From Acidimicrobiales bacterium (lineage in GTDB: Bacteria > Actinomycetota > Acidimicrobiia > Acidimicrobiales > Aldehydirespiratoraceae), in the NCBI GenBank assembly GCA_965116665.1, contig OZ220709.1, positions 1,940,062 through 2,004,061 on the forward strand: a DNA stretch of 64,000 bases, written 5' to 3'. This document shows, in pieces, positions 1 to 7,243 of this stretch. The position numbers were made by a program, and so were the translations under genes. Position 1 is the first letter of the stretch, and each line of letters begins with the position of its first letter. The notes below the pieces were generated by a model. It saw nothing but the letters and a program-made list of their open reading frames with translations. It was not told the DNA's origin and searched no databases.

Positions 1-272
1 AACTCGGCCACCGCGGACCGCCACTCTTTCTCGGCCTGAGTTGGCTCACGGCGGTTCTCGGCGCCTGTCTTGGCGATGTGGCAGCCCCGGCAGAGCACCT
101 GGAGGTTGGCCGGATCCCACGGGTCGCCACCCCGGCTCAGCGGCACCCGGTGATCAACCTCCAAGCGCCCGGAGCGTCCACACGCCTCGCAGCGCCACCC
201 TGCGGCCTCCAAGGCCCTCCGGCGTGTCCTGAGCCAGCGTGGGCCGCTCAGCGCCCGGTGACGGCGACTCAC
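1..272 (-). CDS. HNH endonuclease, phage-type (C-terminus runs off the left window edge)
   Basis: My own minus-strand translation from GTG at 272 reads VSRRHRALSGPRWLRTRRRALEAAGWRCEACGRSGRLEVDHRVPLSRGGDPWDPANLQVLCRGCHIAKTGAENRREPTQ... The pattern CxxC...DH...N...CxxCH is the HNH/zinc-ribbon signature. The start lies 5 nt after the terminase stop. The ORF track misses it because it is edge-truncated. Confidence 0.8.
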   Translation of the reverse strand, partial: MSRRHRALSGPRWLRTRRRALEAAGWRCEACGRSGRLEVDHRVPLSRGGDPWDPANLQVLCRGCHIAKTGAENRREPTQAEKEWRSAVAE

Positions 273-276
273 TGGC

Positions 277-1887
277 CTACCCGGCCAGCGCCGAGCGCAG
301 CGGACGGCGGGGCCGGTCCATCATCGGCTCCGCGAGGCCCGCGGCGATCACCGCAGCCGACAGCAAGTCGATACGGCCCCGGCTGGTGGCCTTGTCCAAC
401 GCCGGGTTGCCGTTGCTGTCGCGGCGCAGCGACGAGTTCGCCACCGCCGTCGCGAACGCCAACGATTCGCGCATCGCCAGCCTCCCGGTCAGCACAAGCC
501 GCTGAAGCGCCCGAACGTCCCTGGAGCCGTCCTTGCCCGCCCCGACCCGGCGGAACTCGTAGGGCCAGCGCAGCCCCGCCCGGTCCCGGAAGTCCTTGAT
601 CTCGGCGTCCTTGTAGCCGTCCGCCGCGAGGCGATGCACTCGACACCCCGACAGGTCCGCAGCCACATCACCCAGGAACGCCGCGACTGGCGTCACCCGG
701 CCGGGATAGGCGCGAAGCTCGCCCCGGTCGGCCATCACGTCATAGCGGGCGCCATCCCGGCGACCCCGCTCGACCAGCGACGGCACATCCCCGAACGCCA
801 GCCACGCCTCACAGCGACCCGACGCGGGCCAGATCGCGAACGCCGCCGTCGCGCTGGTGGCCTCGCCCATGTCCAGCCCGACAACCACCGGCCCCGACCG
901 CGCCGGCAGGTCCTCGACGATGCAACGCCGCCAGTCGCCCACAGTGAAGATCACCTCACGGGTCGGGGACTGCGGCAGGTTCAGATCGAACGCCAAGAAC
1001 GACGCCCGATCCGTCGGGGTGGCCTCCACCCGAGCCGCCTCGTCAGCCATGTAGGCCGCCGACTTGATCCCGACACCGAGGCCAGGGTTGCCCGCAGCCC
1101 ACACCGCCGGGTCGTGAATATCTACCTCCTCGCCGTCGGCGACCTTCGGGGCGTAGAGATGCACCGCCGTCGTCGAAAGCTCCCGCCGAGCGATCATCTC
1201 CTCCACCATCGGCGACTCGCCCCGAATCGTGATGGCGATGAACCGCCCGTCACGCGCCGACGTGGCCGAGCGCATCCCCGCCACCAGTTCCCGGTCCCGC
1301 TCGCCCATGAGCCCCAACTCGTCCACGACCACCACATCGAAGCCCGACGCGTGGCCCGCCGACTTATCCGCCGACAAGAACTCGGCGCTCGACCCCTCCG
1401 GGGTGCGGACCCAGCCCGGCGCCGGGCTCCGCAAGAACTCCAGCCCCTCCAGCCGCGACGCCTCGGCGATCTCGCGCATCTGGCGCAGCAACTCCGCCGC
1501 CTTCTCGCGGGTGACGGAGGCCGTCCCGATCCGCAGCCCCGGACGCCGCAACGGTCCCGCCAGCAGCCCCAACGCCAGCACCGCGCAGATCCCGGACTTG
1601 GAGTTCTTGCGGCCCATGCACAACAGGCTCTCGCGGTGGCGCAGCGCATCCCGCAGGAACGCCGCGCCGTAGTCCGGCAACGCCATCGGCCCACCCGCCA
1701 ACGGATGCCCCGCCGGGACCACCAACCGCTCAGCGCTCCACGCCGCCAGAGCCGCCGCCGGATCATCCGGCGCCACCACCGGCGCCACCGACTGCTCCGC
1801 AGCCCGACGCGCCCGCTGCCGCGCCCGATACCGGCGCGACCGCTCCCGAGACGCCAACCGAGCCGCCACCGGATCCTTGTACGGCAC
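277..1887 (-). CDS. phage terminase large subunit (TerL-like)
   Basis: 536-aa ORF. The ATPase half has CMGRKNSKSGICAVLAL (P-loop-like) and FDVVVVDELG (Walker B-like), followed by a nuclease-like C-terminal half. It sits between a rep-type gene and an HNH gene inside an int/xis element. The N-terminal ~35 aa are Arg-rich. Confidence 0.8.
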   Translation of the reverse strand: MPYKDPVAARLASRERSRRYRARQRARRAAEQSVAPVVAPDDPAAALAAWSAERLVVPAGHPLAGGPMALPDYGAAFLRDALRHRESLLCMGRKNSKSGICAVLALGLLAGPLRRPGLRIGTASVTREKAAELLRQMREIAEASRLEGLEFLRSPAPGWVRTPEGSSAEFLSADKSAGHASGFDVVVVDELGLMGERDRELVAGMRSATSARDGRFIAITIRGESPMVEEMIARRELSTTAVHLYAPKVADGEEVDIHDPAVWAAGNPGLGVGIKSAAYMADEAARVEATPTDRASFLAFDLNLPQSPTREVIFTVGDWRRCIVEDLPARSGPVVVGLDMGEATSATAAFAIWPASGRCEAWLAFGDVPSLVERGRRDGARYDVMADRGELRAYPGRVTPVAAFLGDVAADLSGCRVHRLAADGYKDAEIKDFRDRAGLRWPYEFRRVGAGKDGSRDVRALQRLVLTGRLAMRESLAFATAVANSSLRRDSNGNPALDKATSRGRIDLLSAAVIAAGLAEPMMDRPRRPLRSALAG

Positions 1888-1997
1888 CGCTACCCGTCAC
1901 CCCCAGCCCCGGGTGTGACGGCACCCGAAGGCCGACAGGTACCCCCGACGGCCGCGGCGCCCCTTCGACGGTCTGGCGGTGCCATACGTGGGCCTGC

Positions 1998-2243
1998 TCA
2001 GGCTCGGAGATGGTCTTCGGCGATGACGGCGATGATGTCGGCGGCGATGATCTTCGCTCCTTCGTCGCTGAGGCCAGCCACGGCCGTGATGGTCTTGGTG
2101 GGGTCGTGGGGGTCGAGGTTGGAGATGAGGATGCCAACGCCGAGTCGTTCGCCGGTTGGCGTCAACAGCGGGCAGATAATGGGCTCGCCGGGGGCTTGGC
2201 GGGCGAGTTCGTAGGCATTGGCTGGAGGTTGCGGGTTGCTCAT
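1998..2243 (-). CDS. hypothetical small protein (81 aa) of the phage-like element
   Basis: A strong RBS (AGGAG, 6 nt before the ATG at 2243), high GC3, and the same strand as its neighbours. I recognise no motif. Confidence 0.55.
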   Translation of the reverse strand: MSNPQPPANAYELARQAPGEPIICPLLTPTGERLGVGILISNLDPHDPTKTITAVAGLSDEGAKIIAADIIAVIAEDHLRA

Positions 2244-2270
2244 GGTGGTCTCCTTTGGTTGTGGTCGGAT

Positions 2271-2393
2271 GAGCCCGTCCCGAGCCCGTCCCGTGGGGTC
2301 GTCCCGGTTGATCGTCCCGCAGCCCGTCCCCCTAAGGGGTCGGACGGGCGGACGGTCCGTCCCGGACGGACGCGGACGGACTGGGACGGGCTC
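2271..2393. repeat. iteron-like array of CGTCC / GGACG motifs with dyad symmetry (candidate origin or operator array)
   Basis: CGTCCC occurs at 2276, 2287, 2300, 2313, 2325 and 2358 (11-13 bp phasing). GGACGG occurs at 2342, 2350, 2364, 2374 and 2384. There is a perfect tandem GAGCCCGTCCC x2 at 2271-2292. Its exact reverse complement GGGACGGGCTC lies at 2383-2393. The centre is CCCCTAAGGGG. Confidence 0.75.
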
Positions 2394-3576
2394 ATGGTTC
2401 GGGGTCGAGCGGCAGCATGGTGGAGGGGTCGAGCAGCTCGTAGATCTTCGCGTTGTTCGGGCCGTGCCTCATGCCGACTTCGCCGCGGCTGGTGAGATGC
2501 CGGAGCGCGGCGCGCACGTCTTGGGCGCGGGCTTCGAGGTTGTCGATGATCTGTTGGGTGTTGGCGGGGCCGTCGCGTTCGAGGAGCGCCCACACGCGGT
2601 CCACGATGGCGCTGGTGTGTTCGGGCGCGTCGGCGGGTGGCAGCACTTCGAGCCGGATGGTGCGGGTGTCCGCGTCGGGTGCGCCGGTGATCCGGGCGAC
2701 GGTCTGGCCGACTTGCCCGACGCCGCCTTCGCGGTCTTTGCGGACGACAGCAGCGAGGGTGCCGCTCTTGGTCGGGGTCCATGCGGCGCCGCGCAGTTCG
2801 ATGCTGGCGCCGGTGACCGTGGCGACCTTCTGGACGCTCCCGAGCGGGCTGGCGAGCCGGTCAGGGTCTCGGCGCTTCGGCAAATGATCCGCGACGGTCA
2901 CGCCGACCCCGGCGGCGGTGAGCGGGTCGATGAACGCGGCCCGCCACGCCATGAACGCCGCGGCGTCCTCGCCCGCGCCGGTGCTGCTGGCGGCGTCGAT
3001 GAACGCGTGGCCTCCGGTGGCCCACGCGGCGGCCGCGCGTTGGGCCTCGGGGCCTGCGAACCGCCAGTCGTCGGCGGCGACCCAGCGCACCAGGCCGCTG
3101 GCGGCGACATCGCCTCGGCCGAGGATGTGGAGCCGCTTGGCGAACACTCGCGGGCTGTCCTCGCCGTCGGCCCAGATCACGCGCCGGCCGTTGTCGATGA
3201 GGTCCGCGACCATCCACAGCATGATCCAGCTCTTGGCGAGGCCGGGGTGGGCTGCGAGCCAGTTCACCTTGCCCGAGTAGGCGATGCCGAGCAGGTCGGC
3301 GGTCTCGGGTTCGCGGTCTGGGTCGCCGGTCGTGTCCGCGCACGGGATCGCGAGCGGCCAGCCCTCGGCGTCGAGTAGGTGCTCCGGCTCGCCGGGGTCG
3401 GGGTCTGGTTGGGGCCACGGCTCCGGCTCCGCCTTGGAGTCACTGTCAGCGTCCATGTCCATGTCCGGCTCGATGCCTCGGGCGCGGAGTTCGTTCTCGA
3501 TCCATGCGGCGAGGCCGCCGTCGTCGAGCACCGCCACCGCGGTTGCGGCTGCGTCGTGGTCGGCTATCGTGGCCAT
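2392..3576 (-). CDS. RepA/AAA_25-like (RecA-fold) replication ATPase with C-terminal winged-helix domain
   Basis: Start chosen at ATG 3576 (AGGAG 5 nt upstream). The motif AYSGKVNWLAAHPGLAKSWIMLWM resembles a degenerate P-loop of plasmid/phage RepA-type proteins. The acidic linker is rich in D/E/P. The C-terminal ...QQIIDNLEARAQDVRAALRHLTSRGEV... looks wHTH-like. Confidence 0.65.
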   Translation of the reverse strand: MATIADHDAAATAVAVLDDGGLAAWIENELRARGIEPDMDMDADSDSKAEPEPWPQPDPDPGEPEHLLDAEGWPLAIPCADTTGDPDREPETADLLGIAYSGKVNWLAAHPGLAKSWIMLWMVADLIDNGRRVIWADGEDSPRVFAKRLHILGRGDVAASGLVRWVAADDWRFAGPEAQRAAAAWATGGHAFIDAASSTGAGEDAAAFMAWRAAFIDPLTAAGVGVTVADHLPKRRDPDRLASPLGSVQKVATVTGASIELRGAAWTPTKSGTLAAVVRKDREGGVGQVGQTVARITGAPDADTRTIRLEVLPPADAPEHTSAIVDRVWALLERDGPANTQQIIDNLEARAQDVRAALRHLTSRGEVGMRHGPNNAKIYELLDPSTMLPLDPEP

Positions 3577-3654
3577 GCGAACTCCTTTGTCCAAAGATGT
3601 CGTTCGCTTGGGGCCGCCCGGTGCGTAGATCGGGCGGCTCCGCTATTTCACGGG

Positions 3655-3846
3655 TCACGCCTGGGGCCGGTTGTCGATCCAGGCTTGGATGTCCTCGGCG
3701 GGCCAGCCGATCCGGTTCGGGCCGAGTCGGCGCGCCGGCGGGAATGCTCCCGACTCGCGCCAGCGGCTCAGCGTTGATCGGGCGATGCCAAGCCGTTCAG
3801 CCACTTGGGCAGGGCTCAGAACGCCGGCGGCCGCGGCTGCGGGCAT
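3655..3846 (-). CDS. xis: excisionase / AlpA-family HTH DNA-binding protein
   Basis: 63 aa. LSPAQVAERLGIARSTLSRWRESGAFPPARRLGPNRIGWPAEDIQAWI is the typical MerR-like excisionase fold signature. It lies directly downstream of int on the same strand. Confidence 0.8.
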   Translation of the reverse strand: MPAAAAAGVLSPAQVAERLGIARSTLSRWRESGAFPPARRLGPNRIGWPAEDIQAWIDNRPQA

Positions 3847-4001
3847 GGCAAGAACCTCCTAAATCGGGGAGGCGCTGTCACCGCCTATGTAGCTGGCGGC
3901 CCGCTGTCAGGGGTGTTCAAGTCATGCCATGCCGACAGCGCGGTTTGGTTGTGTGCCCAGCACCGTAGCGTCCGGGCCGCGATAGGGCGCGGATGGTCGC
4001 G

Positions 4002-5162
4002 TCAGGATGCGATGTACGCCGCCCAGGTGTCCATGAGCGAACGGCGACGGTCGAGCATGTCGCTTCGGGCGTAGGCCGCTTCGACGCCGCGCACGGCGTG
4101 GCCTAGCGCCGCCTCGGCGAGGTCTCTCGGCACGGCGGTGTCGCTGCACCACGACCGGAAGCTCGACCGGAACCCGTGGGCGGTGGCGTCGAGGTCGTGC
4201 TCTCTCAGGAGCTTGTTGTAGGTGGCGTCCGACACTGCCCGGCCGGTTGCGCTCGGGAGCGCGAGGCCCTGGCCGCCGTTGAGGCTGCGGGCCTGGTCGA
4301 GCACTTCCAGCGCCCGGCCCGACAGGGGCACCCGGTGGGAGGCGCCGGTCTTGGCGCGCGCGGCTGGGATCGTCCACACCGCGGCGTCGAGGTCGAACTC
4401 GGACCAGTCGGCGAAGCGGACCTCGCCGGGTCGGGTCGCTGTCAACGCGAGCAGCTCCAGCCCAAGACGGCACGCCGGGGTCGCCTCGGATGCCCGCACC
4501 CGGTTCAGCGCGTCGGCCACGTCGGTGTGGTGCAGGGCGCGGCGGTGCTCGACCTTGGCCCGGTGCTTGGGCATGGACGCCTTGGCCGCGGCGGTGGGGT
4601 CGGACTCGGCGAGGCCGCGGCCCATCGCCCACTGCATCGTCACGGAGATCCTGCGGACGGTGCGGCGGGCGAGTTCGGGACGGTCCCACACCCGGTCGAG
4701 CACGGCCACGATGTCGGCGGCTGTCACATCGGCGACCGGCTTGGGGCCGATGGTGGGCTCGATGTGGTGGGCGAGCAGAGACCGCCACTGCTGTTCGGTG
4801 TTGGACGTGGGCTTCCAGTTGGGGCGGTGCAGGTCGATCACGGCCGTCATGGCGTCCGCGAAGGTGACGGCGTGGCGGTGGCGGGGGTCGCGGCCCTCCT
4901 CGACGGCCTGGCGGTTCGCCAGCGCCCGCTCGCGGGCCAGTGCGAGACTGACGGCGGGGTAGCTGCCCAGGCCGAGGCTGGCCGTCCTGCCGCCGATGCG
5001 GAGGCGCTGTGCCCAAGTCTTGGACCATCGGCCGTTCGCGGTGGGCTTCACCAGTAGGCTCAGACCGTGCGAACCGCGGCCGTCGCCGTAGCGTCCGGGC
5101 CGGTTGATCGTGCGCACGAAGGCGGCTGTGAGCGTCTTCGGCCGGGCGGGACTCGAACTCAT
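4002..5162 (-). CDS. int: tyrosine recombinase, P4-type integrase
   Basis: An arm-binding N-terminus (LTAAFVRTINRPGRYGDGRGSHGLSLLVKPTANGRWSKTWAQRLRIGG), and a catalytic C-terminus with HGFRSSFRSW and LGHAVRGVEAAYARSD. The start was moved from 5267 to ATG 5162 because GGGG sits 5 nt upstream. Confidence 0.9.
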   Translation of the reverse strand: MSSSPARPKTLTAAFVRTINRPGRYGDGRGSHGLSLLVKPTANGRWSKTWAQRLRIGGRTASLGLGSYPAVSLALARERALANRQAVEEGRDPRHRHAVTFADAMTAVIDLHRPNWKPTSNTEQQWRSLLAHHIEPTIGPKPVADVTAADIVAVLDRVWDRPELARRTVRRISVTMQWAMGRGLAESDPTAAAKASMPKHRAKVEHRRALHHTDVADALNRVRASEATPACRLGLELLALTATRPGEVRFADWSEFDLDAAVWTIPAARAKTGASHRVPLSGRALEVLDQARSLNGGQGLALPSATGRAVSDATYNKLLREHDLDATAHGFRSSFRSWCSDTAVPRDLAEAALGHAVRGVEAAYARSDMLDRRRSLMDTWAAYIAS

Positions 5163-5209
5163 GGGTACCCCTTTCGTTACCACTTCACCGACAGGATCGG
5201 ATGGTACAC

Positions 5210-5228
5210 GGTAGGACAGGGTAGGACA
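5210..5228. repeat. two direct copies of GGTAGGACA, 10-bp register (candidate arm-type integrase sites)
   Basis: GGTAGGACA at 5210-5218 and 5220-5228, between the int start and the tRNA-like fragment. Confidence 0.4.
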
Positions 5229-5315
5229 ACCCGAACGGCAGAAAGTGGCCTCGAAGTGTCCATTCACCTCCAGTTATTGGCACCCGCCGGGGCAGAATGG
5301 GACATCATGGCGCAC

Positions 5316-5341
5316 GAGGGTTCGATGCTCTCTCCGGCACC
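5316..5341 (+). other. tRNA 3-prime-end-like fragment (T-arm + acceptor strand), candidate att core
   Basis: GAGGG-TTCGATG-CTCTC forms a 5-bp stem (one G-T pair) with a canonical GTTCGA-type T-loop, followed by 7 nt TCCGGCA plus C. No D-arm or anticodon arm can be folded upstream, so this is not an intact tRNA. Confidence 0.35.
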
Positions 5342-5511
5342 GATGTGATGTGTCAAGACATCGGAACCTTGTGAACCCACGCGTCGGTGTTTCGGTGGGA
5401 CTCCGATGGCGCCCAATCCGATCCAGAGTCGGTGCTGGCTACGGAGCCACTCGACGGTTGTCCGAGACCTCTGACTTGTAATCGCGTGCCTTCGTCTTGT
5501 AAAGTACTGGT

Positions 5512-5754
5512 GTGTCGATCGTTCGTCATCACGTCTCCCACCGGGGCCAAGTGGCGCTGCCCGCCGAGACCCGTCGCCGATGGAACATTGCCGACGGCGG
5601 ACCAGTCGAGATCGCTGATCTCGGCGCCGCCGTTCTGATCGTCCCCGCAGACGGCGACGGGCTGCGCGGCCTGCTCGCTGAGGCAATCGAGGAAGCGGGC
5701 GGATACGCGGCGCTCGCCGCCGGCGTCGCGGCCGAAGATCCCGACTTGGCATAA
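5512..5754 (+). CDS. AbrB/MazE/SpoVT-family antitoxin
   Basis: 80 aa with a GTG start. SHRGQVALPAETRRRWNI is the swapped-hairpin AbrB-type motif. It ends 6 nt before the next ORF. Possible -35 TTGTAA (5476) and -10 TAAAGT (5500) would give a near-leaderless transcript. Confidence 0.75.
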   Translation: MSIVRHHVSHRGQVALPAETRRRWNIADGGPVEIADLGAAVLIVPADGDGLRGLLAEAIEEAGGYAALAAGVAAEDPDLA

Positions 5755-5760
5755 GCGTCA

Positions 5761-6204
5761 GTGGGCGACACTGTTCTCGTCGATGACCACTTGCTGCTAA
5801 CAGTGCTGCTCGGCCGCGAGCCGGCGGACCTCCGACTCAGCGATGCCCGCATCGCGACGACGGGCCTGTGGTATCACCGATTGTGCCGGGCGTTGATCGA
5901 CTCGACGGTGGTCGGCTCCATGTCGCGCCGACTGTCCGGGCTCGCCCCTGCCGCCGCCTCAGCGGCAATTGCGTCGGTTGTGCGACTTCCAGCGGACATC
6001 GAGATGGTGTCGTTACGCACACTCGGGTGGCCGATGGCCGAACTGCCGTCAGGCGGGTTACGGCTGAACCTGCTGTCACTGGAGGCAATCGCCACCGCAC
6101 GCGTGATCGACGCCGAGATATGCCTCGCCCCCGTCGACCGTAACGAGGCATTAGTGGACGCCGCCCGCACACTCGGGGTGAGCGTGCGAACAATCGAGAC
6201 CTGA
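5761..6204 (+). CDS. divergent PIN-like protein, putative toxin partner of the AbrB antitoxin
   Basis: 147 aa with a GTG start. N-terminal VLVDDHLLL, mid LNLLSLEAIATA and C-terminal CLAPVDRNEAL line up with the PIN acidic-residue positions, but with E in place of one D and poor overall resemblance to canonical VapC. Confidence 0.5.
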   Translation: MGDTVLVDDHLLLTVLLGREPADLRLSDARIATTGLWYHRLCRALIDSTVVGSMSRRLSGLAPAAASAAIASVVRLPADIEMVSLRTLGWPMAELPSGGLRLNLLSLEAIATARVIDAEICLAPVDRNEALVDAARTLGVSVRTIET

Positions 6205-6301
6205 GCCCTTCCCGGCCCACAGCACCCAGCTGCGGACCCTCAGATCACGCCCGATACACAAAACTCCTGGCAGGCCCGTGGGTGGCCGCGGCTCTGGAAA
6301 C

Positions 6302-6334
6302 ATCAGAGCATCATCTGATAGAGATGTTATGATG
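6302..6334. promoter_or_regulatory. nested palindromes upstream of vapB (candidate VapB operator / promoter)
   Basis: ATCAGA(6302)-N6-TCTGAT(6314) and CATCAT(6309)-N14-ATGATG(6329), in an AT-richer stretch that ends 5 nt before the vapB ATG. TATGAT is a possible -10. Confidence 0.4.
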
Positions 6335-6339
6335 TCTAC

Positions 6340-6597
6340 ATGCGAACAACGTTGACTCTCGACGATGACTTGGCCGCGGCCCTCAAGGAACAGGCCCGGC
6401 GCGCCGATCAGCCGTTCAAGCAGGTCGTCAACGACACCCTGAGGCGAGGTCTGTCCCCGGCACTCGCACAGTCGGAGTCCGGCTACCGGGTCACGCCCCA
6501 CGACAGCGGCTTCAGGCCCGGCGTCGATCCTTTGCGGCTGAACCAGCTCAACGACTCGATCGAGGCTGCCGACTTCGCGGGCTCGCCGCCGCTGTGA
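6340..6597 (+). CDS. vapB: VapB-type antitoxin (ribbon-helix-helix)
   Basis: MRTTLTLDDDLAAALKEQARR is the typical actinobacterial VapB N-terminus. It overlaps vapC by 4 nt. Confidence 0.8.
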   Translation: MRTTLTLDDDLAAALKEQARRADQPFKQVVNDTLRRGLSPALAQSESGYRVTPHDSGFRPGVDPLRLNQLNDSIEAADFAGSPPL

Positions 6598-7019
6598 TCG
6601 TCCCGGACCTGAACCTGCTCGTCTACGCCCACAGCGCCGGCGCGCTGCTGCACGAGCCGGCGCGCCACTGGTGGGAAGATCTCGTGAACGGAACCGAGCG
6701 CGTGGGTGTTCCGTGGCTTGTGGCGGCAGGGTTCGTGCGGCTGCTCACTCACCCCAGCGTTCTGAGCACCCCGGCGGCTCCCGAGCACGCCGTTGACCTC
6801 ATGGCCCAATGGTTTCGCTCACCCAGCGTCACACCGTTGAACCCAGGCACTCAGCACATCGCCATCTTCCGCCGCATGCTGGCCGCCGCCGGCGTAGCGG
6901 GGAACCTCGTCACCGACGCCCACATCGCCGCGCTGGCCATCGAGCACCAAGCCGAGGTTCACTCCAACGACCGCGACTTCGCCCGCTTCCCGGGGCTGCG
7001 CTGGCGCAACCCGCTCTAG
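6594..7019 (+). CDS. vapC: VapC PIN-domain toxin
   Basis: IVPDLNLLVYA ... LVTDAHIAALAIEHQAEVHSNDRDFARF shows the canonical PIN acidic motifs. Confidence 0.85.
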   Translation: MIVPDLNLLVYAHSAGALLHEPARHWWEDLVNGTERVGVPWLVAAGFVRLLTHPSVLSTPAAPEHAVDLMAQWFRSPSVTPLNPGTQHIAIFRRMLAAAGVAGNLVTDAHIAALAIEHQAEVHSNDRDFARFPGLRWRNPL

Positions 7020-7243
7020 CCTCGCACAGTCCCATGGACTCGGATCGTGGCTAGCGCGTTTGCGTTCGAGGAGGGCGCTAGAGGCTCCTGCGGTGTGCTC
7101 AGGTGACGATGCTGTCGAGGACGCCGTCGGCGATCTGAGTGCACAGCGCGTCGCCGGTTCAGACGTCGTGGGTTGAGCGCACCACGGCGTCGTCCCAGCA
7201 GCGGCCGGTAGCGGCCGACCTGCTGGGACCGTCTAGAGGCTTC

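Noticed and set aside
634-2214. Long ORFs antisense to, or out of frame with, clear genes. Examples: 634-2214(+), 13141-14316(-), 15282-17102(-), 24142-25986(-), 27063-28295(-), 31692-32855(-), 33671-34981(-), 36935-38149(-), 38043-39017(-), 47014-47934(-) and 52399-54180(-).
   Set aside because: Their translations are Arg/Pro/Gly/Ala-rich and low in complexity, with no motifs, and each overlaps a gene with unmistakable family signatures on the other strand or frame. These are typical shadow ORFs of ~67% G+C DNA, where stop codons are rare.
5255-5345. A possible intact tRNA next to the integrase.
   Set aside because: Only the T-arm and the 3-prime acceptor strand can be drawn. No complementary 5-prime acceptor strand (TGCCGGA), D-arm or anticodon stem is present on either strand. 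It is kept only as a fragment and candidate att site.
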